Source of the DNA: a bacterium
Lineage (GTDB): Bacteria; Hydrothermota; Tepidihabitantia; Tepidihabitantales; Tepidihabitantaceae
Reading direction: 5' to 3'
DNA length: 23,222 nt
Assembly: GCA_046485285.1 (NCBI GenBank)
Contig: JAWOHE010000006.1
Location: 1-23,222, forward strand
Shown: positions 8,883 to 16,050 of the stretch, in pieces
How positions within the stretch are numbered: position 1 is the stretch's first letter
Layout: every line of letters starts with the position of its first letter
Translations under genes and position numbers: made by a program
Notes under the pieces: model-generated
Databases searched by the model: none
What the model was told of the DNA's origin: nothing
Seen by the model: only the letters and a program-made list of their open reading frames with translations

Positions 8883-9812
8883 ATGCCGAAGCGACGGGTG
8901 CCGGACGAACTGATGTTCCTCGTAAACCGGCGCGCGACCCAGAGAGCCACCGAGACCTCGATGCAGGACCGGACCTGCGTCGTATCCGGGGCGACTTCGG
9001 GCGTCGGGCTGGCGGCGGTCCGGCGCCTTGCCCGCGGCGGCGCCGGAATCGTCATCGTCGCACGGAACCCGGCGAAGGCCGCGGCGGTCCGTGAAGAACT
9101 GCACGCGCGGCACGCCGTCCCGGTCGACGTCGTCGTGGCCGACTTCACCGATCTCGGGGCCGTGCGCCGGGCGGCGGACACCCTGCTCGAGAACCACCCC
9201 CGGATCGACGTGCTGATAAACTCCGCCGGCCTGCACTCGACCGGCCGGACAGTCACCCGCGACGGGTTCGAGACAGTCTTCTGCGTGAACCACCTCGCCC
9301 CGTTCCTGCTCACCCACTTGCTGCTCGAGCGGCTGAGAAGGAGCGCGCCGGCCCGCATCATCCAGGTCAACTCCGAGGGCCACCGCTTCGGCGGCCTCGA
9401 CCTCGACGACCTCGACTGGCAGGTCCGCCGCTACCGGGGACTGCGCAGTTACGGCGCATCCAAGACCGCCCAGCTACTGACGACGTGGGAATTCGCCGAC
9501 CGCCTTGCCGGCACGGGCGTGACTATCAATGCGATGCACCCCGGGGACGTCCGGACCAACATCGGCAGCAACAACGGCTCGTTCTATCGGTGGTGGCTGC
9601 ACAACGTGACCTGGCACTTCCTCAAAGACCCGGCAATCTCCGGCGAGGCGCTCTACTACCTGGCTGCGGCGCCGGAACTGGCAGGGGTGAGCGGCCGGTT
9701 CTTCCATCTGACCATCGAGGAGAAGCCGGCGGCGCGCGCCCTCGACCGCGACCTCGGCCGCAGGGTCTGGGGCCGGAGCCTGCGGCTGACCGGGCTCACG
9801 CCAGGGCCCTGA
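8883..9812 (+). CDS. Short-chain dehydrogenase/reductase (retinol dehydrogenase-like)
   Basis: SGATSGVG, IDVLINSAG, VNHLAPFLLT, YGASK catalytic motif, MHPGDVRTNI. Confidence 0.93.
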   Translation: MPKRRVPDELMFLVNRRATQRATETSMQDRTCVVSGATSGVGLAAVRRLARGGAGIVIVARNPAKAAAVREELHARHAVPVDVVVADFTDLGAVRRAADTLLENHPRIDVLINSAGLHSTGRTVTRDGFETVFCVNHLAPFLLTHLLLERLRRSAPARIIQVNSEGHRFGGLDLDDLDWQVRRYRGLRSYGASKTAQLLTTWEFADRLAGTGVTINAMHPGDVRTNIGSNNGSFYRWWLHNVTWHFLKDPAISGEALYYLAAAPELAGVSGRFFHLTIEEKPAARALDRDLGRRVWGRSLRLTGLTPGP

Positions 9813-11403
9813 CAACCCGGTCCGCGGCCAGCTTGCCGGTCAGGATGGAAACCGGCAGCCCGGACGGACTGAAGGTCCACTGCCCGGCTTGGAGCACGTC
9901 CGGCACCGGGGTCAGCACCGACCGGGCGATCCTCGGCATCCGGCTTTCGGCCGGGATGAAGTCGTTGGTGTAGGCCCAGCCAGTTATCGCGCCCTCGTGG
10001 TTACCCGATATCCGTTCGATCGTCAGCGGGGTGGAGGTGAAGCTGTCGGCCACCACCGACCCAAGCCCGGGGTAGATGCTCGAGCCCAGTACTTCGACCA
10101 ACCGCGCTGACACCAGCTCCCGGAAATCGTCATACCAGCCCAGATCGCGGACGTGCCGGGTAAGCCGGTAGTCAAACAGCAGGCTGACGATCAGCCCGGT
10201 CCGGCCCGCGGGCGCCAGGCCCGGGTCCCTGAGCGCCGGGATGGATATCTCGAAAGTGTTCAGTTCAATGTGTCGCTTCAGCCATTCGGCGATGCGCGCC
10301 CGGTCAACGACGAACCCGCCGTCGGTCGCCAGCTCCTCGAGCGCGGCGCCGGACAACCCGGCCGTCGAGGGCGTGTAGAAGAAATGGCCGGTCGATAGCC
10401 CGGCAAAGAAATCCGGGTCGCGGTCGACCAGCAGGTAGGCGGTGAACACCGAGTCGCCGCCGGCCCTGCCGGCCAGCGCCCCCTGCCGCACCCGGACCCG
10501 GCCTGCCGCGTCGTCGTCCCTCAGCGCGGCCGGGTCGATTGCCCGGTACAGCGCGTTGGCGTCCGCGGCCCAGACCAGCCTGCGGTAGCCGTAGGTGTTG
10601 CCTGCGGCGTCGGTTACCTCGTGCTTCGCCGGGTCGATTGCGGTGATGGCGGTCCCGGTCCGGACCTCACCGCCCTGCGCCCGCACGAACCGCTCCAGCG
10701 CCCGGGGCAGGGTGCCGGTTCCGCCCCGCGGGTACCGGTAGTCGAGGTAGATGCTGAAGTAGCTCAGCGCGAAGAACGTCGGGGTCTTGCGGAAGAAGTG
10801 CTGGGCGATGATGTCCACCAGCGCGCGATTCCCGGTCAGCCGGGGCAGGTACTCGTCCACCGGCTGCTTGAGCCGGGCTATCTTCGGAACGGCCAGCTGG
10901 TACTTCACCAGCCAGGGAAGGATGGTCCGGAACACGTACCCCGGGTTGCTCTTCAGGTCCAGGAACAGCGGGTTGTCAATGCCGTAGAGCACGTCCAGGT
11001 AGCCCATTACCTTCGCGATCTCCCGGACGATGTCCTCGATGTCGCCGGCGCTCTCCGGAAAGTGCCGCGCCAGCAGGTCCCGGTAGTCGGCCAGGCTCGC
11101 CCGGGAAAAAACCCGGATCACGTCCCGGCCGATGCCGATTGACACGGGATTGGGCAGGAAGTCGACCTCGATACCCAGTTGCGCGAGCATCGGCAGTAGC
11201 ACGCCCGAGTTCTCGGTTGCCCGGATGCCGCCGTCGAAGACGAAGCCGCCGCGCTCGAACGAGTTGACCAGCCCACCGGTCCGCGCCTCCTTCTCGCAGA
11301 GCACGACCCTGAGCCCGGCCCGCGCCAGGTAAGCCGCGGCCGTCAAGCCCGCCATCCCGGCGCCGACCACCACGACATCGCGGCGGCCGGCGACGTCAGC
11401 CAT
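9796..11403 (-). CDS. FAD-dependent oxidoreductase, phytoene desaturase (CrtI)-like family
   Basis: VVVGAGMAGLTAAAYLA...VLCEK..RTGG, FERGGFVFDGG, YPRGG, STPLTIER, GAITGW, AGQWTFSPSGLP. Overlaps the SDR 3' end convergently by 17 bp. Confidence 0.92.
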   Translation of the reverse strand: MADVAGRRDVVVVGAGMAGLTAAAYLARAGLRVVLCEKEARTGGLVNSFERGGFVFDGGIRATENSGVLLPMLAQLGIEVDFLPNPVSIGIGRDVIRVFSRASLADYRDLLARHFPESAGDIEDIVREIAKVMGYLDVLYGIDNPLFLDLKSNPGYVFRTILPWLVKYQLAVPKIARLKQPVDEYLPRLTGNRALVDIIAQHFFRKTPTFFALSYFSIYLDYRYPRGGTGTLPRALERFVRAQGGEVRTGTAITAIDPAKHEVTDAAGNTYGYRRLVWAADANALYRAIDPAALRDDDAAGRVRVRQGALAGRAGGDSVFTAYLLVDRDPDFFAGLSTGHFFYTPSTAGLSGAALEELATDGGFVVDRARIAEWLKRHIELNTFEISIPALRDPGLAPAGRTGLIVSLLFDYRLTRHVRDLGWYDDFRELVSARLVEVLGSSIYPGLGSVVADSFTSTPLTIERISGNHEGAITGWAYTNDFIPAESRMPRIARSVLTPVPDVLQAGQWTFSPSGLPVSILTGKLAADRVVRALA

Positions 11404-11452
11404 CGCGCGTCATCAGGTTGAGCAGCGGTCGGGTCGGTGCCAATCCTCGGAG

Positions 11453-11480
11453 AGGATATCGGGCCAAGGACAAGCGTCAA
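11453..11480 (-). promoter_or_regulatory. Sigma70-type promoter for the FAD oxidoreductase
   Basis: TTGACG (11480-11475), 16 bp, TATCCT (11458-11453). Confidence 0.55.
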
Positions 11481-11514
11481 GCGCGGTAGGCGCGGGACCG
11501 TCGCCGGAGAAGCG

Positions 11515-11543
11515 GCGCGGGCCGGGAAAACCCCGGCCCGCGC
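11515..11543 (-). terminator. GC-rich hairpin, probable terminator of the Kelch gene
   Basis: Perfect 12-bp stem GCGCGGGCCGGG/CCCGGCCCGCGC with 5-nt loop; weak U tract. Confidence 0.55.
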
Positions 11544-11545
11544 TC

Positions 11546-11651
11546 AGCATACGGCGCCCCGGTGACACCCGACAGAAGTCGTGTGAAGATCAGGCCCGCG
11601 GCCGATGCCCCCCCGGGCTCGGACCGCGAGGGTCGCCGGGGCGCCAGTGCT
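11546..11651. ncRNA. Candidate structured element (three-way junction), family unrecognised
   Basis: 14-bp closing stem 11553-11566/11632-11645 enclosing hairpins at 11570-11581 and 11597-11628. Confidence 0.3.
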
Positions 11652-11658
11652 CATCTCG

Positions 11659-12960
11659 TCAGCGCTGGATGACCACCTTCTGCGCCGCACCGCTCCCGGC
11701 CGGGCGCAGGAAATAGACCCCGGGCGCGACTGCCCTGACGTCATTCTCCCCGGGGCTGAGCACCAGCACCGCCCGGCCCGAGACATCGTGCAGGGCCGCG
11801 GGCGCGGAACCGGCGAGCCTGAGTACATCCCGGCCCGGGTTCGGCGCGACCGCGCAGGCGGGCAGGCGACCGCCCGGGCGCTCCTCAACACCGACGACGT
11901 CAATCGCATAGTACTCGCTTATGCGCAGGGCATTGGTGTCCGAGTTCTGGCGGCCGCCCCAGACCCATATCCCCGGGACTCCGGTCCCGCCTGCCTCGGG
12001 CGGCAGGTAGGCGCCGGCGTGGTTGCGCCGGCGCTGGGCCAGGCTCGGGAACGGCGCCCAACTGTCGGCCGCGACGTCGTAGAGATAGCAGTGGGCGGAC
12101 TCGCTCGGCCAGACGCCCCGGCCGGCGACAATCGCCTTGCCGGCGAACTCGTGGAACTCGTCCGAGTCGAACCCGAACGCCCGCGCCTGGGCGTTTGCCG
12201 CGGGCAGGCTGGCGACCAGCGACCAGCCCGCGGCGGTGTCGTTCAGGTTCAGCCGCTGGCACTGGGCGCGGGCCATCAGCGAGTCGGGCGAGCGCCAGGT
12301 GTCGCCGCCGAACGCGAACAGGAACGAGTCGACGAGCGCGACGATCGGGTAGGCGCGGGCGAGCACGAGGTCGGCGAGCCGGGTCCAGCGCGAGCCGGCG
12401 GCGGCGAGCGGGTCGAAGCACCAGGCCTCGCCGGTCGTCGCGTTGCCGGTCTGGCTGAAGCCGCCAACCGCGTACATCCGGTTGTCCCAGGCAATCGCCG
12501 ACTGGGCGACGGTTATCTGGCCGCCGGCCCGGCCCGGGAACTGGTCGGTCGTCATTATCACCGCGGTGTTACTGACCGGGTAATAGACCTGGACCGAGTC
12601 GGTGTAGTTCGGCGCCTGGTCGTAGCGGCCGCCGACGATGTACAGGCCGAAGGTGTCGCCCGCGGGCAGGTCGTGGTCGTCGCGGAGCAGGCAGATGTCG
12701 TAGTTCGAGACCGCCTTCGGCATGTTGATGCCGACGTCGGCGTAGCTGCCGGCGGCCGGGTCGTAGCTGTAGATATCGCCGAGGGTCGTCGCGTTGCCGA
12801 TGCGGCCACCGAGGAAGTAAACCTTGCCGGTGCCGGGGAAGTACTCGCCGTCGAAACGGCAGAAGCCGAACGGCGACTGCGGGCCGCTCTGCCAGGACTG
12901 CGCGGCCCCGATGCCGGCCAGCACGATGATGCCGACCAGCGCGCACATTGAACGATGCAT
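11659..12960 (-). CDS. Secreted Kelch-repeat beta-propeller protein with C-terminal T9SS type-A-like sorting domain
   Basis: ATG 12960 after AAGGAGG; signal peptide; Kelch repeats VYFLGG, LYIVGG, MYAVGG, LFAFGG, IWVWGG; C-terminal VAPNP...HDVSGR...APGVYFLR...KVVIQR. Confidence 0.88.
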   Translation of the reverse strand: MHRSMCALVGIIVLAGIGAAQSWQSGPQSPFGFCRFDGEYFPGTGKVYFLGGRIGNATTLGDIYSYDPAAGSYADVGINMPKAVSNYDICLLRDDHDLPAGDTFGLYIVGGRYDQAPNYTDSVQVYYPVSNTAVIMTTDQFPGRAGGQITVAQSAIAWDNRMYAVGGFSQTGNATTGEAWCFDPLAAAGSRWTRLADLVLARAYPIVALVDSFLFAFGGDTWRSPDSLMARAQCQRLNLNDTAAGWSLVASLPAANAQARAFGFDSDEFHEFAGKAIVAGRGVWPSESAHCYLYDVAADSWAPFPSLAQRRRNHAGAYLPPEAGGTGVPGIWVWGGRQNSDTNALRISEYYAIDVVGVEERPGGRLPACAVAPNPGRDVLRLAGSAPAALHDVSGRAVLVLSPGENDVRAVAPGVYFLRPAGSGAAQKVVIQR

Positions 12961-13053
12961 CCACACCTCCTTCTTGCTCTCGCGCCGCCCCGCGACGGGC
13001 CCGGACCGGGCATACTGCCGCCGGCCTGCCCCGCGCCGGCGCGGCGCACTCAG

Positions 13054-13082
13054 GTTGTAGCGCGAACCGGGCGGCTTGTCAA
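13054..13082 (-). promoter_or_regulatory. Sigma70-type promoter for the Kelch gene
   Basis: TTGACA (13082-13077), 17 bp, TACAAC (13059-13054). Confidence 0.6.
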
Positions 13083-13084
13083 GG

Positions 13085-13117
13085 AAAAAAGCCGCGGGGC
13101 GGCCGAGCCGCCCCGCG
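13085..13117 (-). terminator. Intrinsic terminator after the small basic peptide
   Basis: Minus strand CGCGGGGCGGC-TCG-GCCGCCCCGCG followed by GCTTTTTT. Confidence 0.8.
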
Positions 13118-13138
13118 ACGTCGCGACGCGAAGCGCCG

Positions 13139-13216
13139 CTACTTCCTCTTGGCCGGCTTCTTCTTCGCCGGCTTCTTCGCGGCCTTCTTCGGCGCCGCCT
13201 TGGTTTTACATGCCAT
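13139..13216 (-). CDS. 25-aa Lys/Ala/Pro-rich basic peptide (histone H1 tail-like)
   Basis: MACKTKAAPKKAAKKPAKKKPAKRK; AAAGGAGG RBS; upstream promoter and downstream terminator. Confidence 0.75.
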   Translation of the reverse strand: MACKTKAAPKKAAKKPAKKKPAKRK

Positions 13217-13278
13217 ACGACCTCCTTTGTTGGACTGCTGTCTTGTCGCGAACGGCCCATACCGAACGCGCACCAGCC

Positions 13279-13306
13279 ATTGTAACGACGGCCGGGAATC
13301 TGTCGA
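13279..13306 (-). promoter_or_regulatory. Sigma70-type promoter for the small basic peptide
   Basis: TCGACA (13306-13301), 16 bp, TACAAT (13284-13279). Confidence 0.55.
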
Positions 13307-13343
13307 GCGGAAAATGCGCCCAGCTTGAAATCACAGACTGTGA

Positions 13344-13894
13344 TGACAAAGCCCGGTGGCTTGACAGGTCTGGCCTCGCGGCTGCTGTGGCGAACGATGC
13401 CACAGGGTTCAGCCAAGCCGAACCTCCCGGCGAGGTCTGAACCGCTGACGTCAAGGGATGGAGGCGGTCGCTGGGAGCCAGACTCGAGCGTGTCGCGTGC
13501 GGCCGCACGGAACAGAACGGCGGGCATGAACGGATGCACCGGACATGGCGGAAGAGACTCGGCGTGGACTGGCGGTGCTCCGCCGCAACCTGGAGGACGT
13601 CAGGCCGTACGGCTGCCAGCCGGGATTCGGGCGTCGGCACGTCCGGCATGACGGTTGCATCTGGCTGCAGAACAAGGCGGGTTACCCCGCGGTCCTGGGG
13701 ACGACATCGCTCGGGCTGGAGAGTCTGGCCGAGAGTACCTGGCGGGTCTGGTTCTGTGACCTGCCGATCGGCGTGGTGAAGCCTGTCTGTGCGCGGCTGA
13801 TATGCCAGTCAGAAGCGTAGGTATCGGTTGCCGGCAGACAAGAGTGTTACCCATGTCGTGACAATAGTGCGTAACCTATGTCCTGACTTTGACA
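13344..13894 (+). mobile_element. Decayed, internally deleted IS481-family element
   Basis: Right end has two GTxACCYATGTC repeats ending TTTGACA at 13894, typical of IS481 ends; possible eroded left end TGACAAAGCCCGG at 13344 (10/13 match to the right-end complement). Confidence 0.75.
13409..13820 (+). pseudogene. IS481-family transposase remnant
   Basis: Fragments SAKPN / EV*TADVKGW / LGARLERVACGRTEQNGGHERMHRT / RRHVRHDGCI...LGLESLAESTWRVWFCDLPIG. Nonsense codon at 13438-13440, frameshifts, and loss of the central SDNG-type segment. Confidence 0.8.
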
Positions 13895-14182
13895 CCCAGA
13901 CCCCATCCCCACCAGCATCTCCGGAGCGGTACCGGGAGCGGCCCCCGGGGATACCCCCTGCCGTCAATGCTCAGCCGGTGTGTGACTTACGTTTGGACGC
14001 CACAAGAAACAGGGCCTGCGAGGAAATTCGGAGGCGGTTGCCAATGCGACGGTTGGCGGCGTGGGCCGAGGAAGGGCGAATTGCGTGCGGACGCAATTCG
14101 GTCTTGGAGAACCGGGGAGGCAGACACGGGCAGGTCAAGGTTGAGGACGAGGTTGAGACGAATGAAGCGGGCCTGACACGAT

Positions 14183-14269
14183 GGGAAACGGGAAAGGGGG
14201 AAAAGGGAAGGGAGAGGAGAGAAAGGGAAGGGGAAGAAGGCGAACGGGGCGAAGGGAGAGGGAGGGAGG
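14183..14269 (+). repeat. Near-pure polypurine low-complexity tract
   Basis: GGGAAACGGGAAAGGGGGAAAAGGGAAGGGAGAGGAGAGAAAGGGAAGGGG...; no T and only a few C in about 87 bp. Confidence 0.8.
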
Positions 14270-14313
14270 CTGAGCGGCGAACGATGAACTGTGAACCACG
14301 GCCCGGCCGGGGG

Positions 14314-14341
14314 TTGACGGCGCGCCGGGGAGGCGTATACT
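14314..14341 (+). promoter_or_regulatory. Sigma70-type promoter for the YchF-like gene
   Basis: TTGACG (14314-14319), 16 bp, TATACT (14336-14341); GGAGGCG...CGCCTCC inverted repeat spans the -10. Confidence 0.65.
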
Positions 14342-14401
14342 CCGCGCCTCCAGTTAGTCACCCGGCAATCAAAACCCAAAGGAGCCGCGAGGACCAGACG
14401 G

Positions 14402-15361
14402 ATGAAAATCGGCATTTTCGGTCTGTCGGCGAGCGGGAAGACAACGGTCTTTTCACTGCTCACCGGCGTGGAGTTCGACCCGGCCGCCCGTCCGCGCGCC
14501 GGCGCGACCGCGCCGGTCCACGACGCGCGGGTGGCGGAGCTGGCCGCGATCTTCAACCCGAGGAAGGTGACCCGGGCGAGCCTGACGTTCACCGACATGC
14601 CGGGCTATGACCCCGGCGCGAGCCAGTCCGAGAAGACCCGGGTGATGCAGTTCATCCAGAACTCCGACGCCATCCTCGCGGTCGTCCGCGCGTTCGAGAA
14701 CCCGGCGGTGGCCTGGCCGGCGGGCGCCGAGACGCCGGCGCGCCAGCTCGACGCGATCCGGACCGAGCTGCTGCTGCGCGACCTCGCCGTGGTCGAGGCG
14801 CGGCTCGAGCGCATCGCCGAGGGCGAGCGCAAGCGCCACCGGCTCAGCGACGAGGAGGCGCGCGAGCGCCGGCTGCTGGCCGCAGTGCGGGGTGAGCTGG
14901 AGAACGAGCGGTTCGTCAGCCGGCAGGGCCTGTCGGCGGGCGAGCACAAGGCGATCGGCACGCTCGGCCTGTTCACCGCTAAGCCGATAATCGTCGCGGT
15001 GAACACCGACGAGGAGCAGTCCGGCCCGGGCTCGTACCCGGACCGGGACCGCGTGCGTGAGCAGTGCGCGGTGAACGGCTTCGCCGACATCGAGCTGTCG
15101 GGCCGGATCGAGACCGAGATAAGCCGGCTCGACGCGGCGGAGCGGGAGCTGTTCCTCATCGAGTACGGGTTCAAGGAGAGCGGGATCGAGCGGCTGTCGC
15201 GGGTCGTCTACCGCCACGTCGGGCTGATTTCGTTCCTGACCGTCGGCGAGGACGAGGTGCGGGCCTGGACCGTGCGGCGGGACACCTGCGCCCGCGACGC
15301 GGCGGGCCGGGACGAAATCGTCAAGGACGGCGACATCTTTCACGTCCGCGCCGGCGGCTAG
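14402..15361 (+). CDS. ychF: YchF/OBG-family ATPase (DUF933/TGS C-terminus) with in-frame internal deletion
   Basis: MKIGIFGLSASGKTTVF (G1), FTDMPG (G3), AVVRAF, KPIIVAVNTDE (G4), ISFLTVGEDEVRAWT, IVKDGDIF; AAAGGAG RBS upstream. Confidence 0.88.
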   Translation: MKIGIFGLSASGKTTVFSLLTGVEFDPAARPRAGATAPVHDARVAELAAIFNPRKVTRASLTFTDMPGYDPGASQSEKTRVMQFIQNSDAILAVVRAFENPAVAWPAGAETPARQLDAIRTELLLRDLAVVEARLERIAEGERKRHRLSDEEARERRLLAAVRGELENERFVSRQGLSAGEHKAIGTLGLFTAKPIIVAVNTDEEQSGPGSYPDRDRVREQCAVNGFADIELSGRIETEISRLDAAERELFLIEYGFKESGIERLSRVVYRHVGLISFLTVGEDEVRAWTVRRDTCARDAAGRDEIVKDGDIFHVRAGG

Positions 15362-15394
15362 CCGGCGAGCCGCGGACCGCGAACGGGCCGGAGA

Positions 15395-15525
15395 GGAATT
15401 CCTCCACGTTGGTCGACATGGCGGGCGGCGGCGCCGCCGATTGGAGGAGCCCCATGGTCCGGGGCCGGGATGGCAGAGGACAGGAGAGGGATTTCTCCTC
15501 TCCGCCGCGCCAGGGTCGAAATGAC
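15395..15525. repeat. Two copies of a REP-like palindromic element
   Basis: GGAATTCCTCCACGTTGGTCGACATGGC (15395-15422) and GGGATTTCTCCTCTCC...GGGTCGAAATGAC (15488-15525), between convergent genes. Confidence 0.4.
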
Positions 15526-15547
15526 CGGGCGGACCTGCTCCGCCGGG

Positions 15548-15967
15548 CTACTTCAGGCCGTGGGTGATTGAGATGCTGGTCTTGCCGTCCTGTTCGTAGG
15601 CCAGCAGTTTGATTGTCTCGGTCCGTTCCGGGTTGACCCACTCGAAGACTCCGACCTTGCCGCCTTCCGGGTCCTTGAGCCAACCAGCCTTCTCGACAGA
15701 GGCCTGGTACCATTCCTCGACCTCGGCGCGCGTGGCGGCGGACGCGAGCGTCCAGACCGTGCCCCTGCTGTCGTCGGTCGAGACCTCGATGCGCTCGACG
15801 GCCTCGGCGCCGGGGTAGCGCAGGAACTCGGGCAGGGCGGAGATGTCGACGGCTGCGGCATCGGGCGCCGCCGCTACCGCGGCCGGTTTGTCTTCGGCGG
15901 TGCCACAGCCGGCAACGAATGCGAAGGAGAGGGCTAGGACGAACAGGGCGCAGGCAGTTCTATTCAC
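15548..15967 (-). CDS. Lipoprotein of unknown function
   Basis: GTG after AGGAGG; hydrophobic signal with lipobox VAGC; Ala-rich linker; YPGA...VEEWYQ...AGW domain; promoter TTGCCC-16-TATGCT at 16013-15986. Confidence 0.85.
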   Translation of the reverse strand: MNRTACALFVLALSFAFVAGCGTAEDKPAAVAAAPDAAAVDISALPEFLRYPGAEAVERIEVSTDDSRGTVWTLASAATRAEVEEWYQASVEKAGWLKDPEGGKVGVFEWVNPERTETIKLLAYEQDGKTSISITHGLK

Positions 15968-16050
15968 GCGACCTCCTATTGGTCAAGCATACGCACCGGG
16001 CCGGCCGGGGCAAGCGCCCGCGCCGGGCAGGCGGGCGCCACCGTTCCACG

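Noticed and set aside
11436..11447. SAM-I riboswitch-like GGTGCCAATCC
   Set aside because: Wrong strand for the adjacent gene, and the remaining S-box elements are absent.
13331..13415. IS200/IS605 end or omega-RNA-like sequence (AAGCCCGGTGGCTTGAC)
   Set aside because: No TnpA, TnpB or IscB remnant follows; the downstream coding fragments are IS481-type.
11605..13539. 448-aa plus ORF and the N-terminal extension of the Kelch ORF to 13539
   Set aside because: Antisense shadow; the extension crosses a promoter, terminator and the small peptide gene, while ATG 12960 has an RBS and signal peptide.
13828..14610. 260-aa plus ORF with Glu/Arg/Gly-rich stretch
   Set aside because: Read-through of IS end, repeats and polypurine tract; overlaps ychF out of frame.
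15454..15567. 37-aa ORF after GGAGGAG
   Set aside because: Short RBS spacing, runs through a REP-like element and into the convergent gene end, and has no features; not excluded but unsupported.
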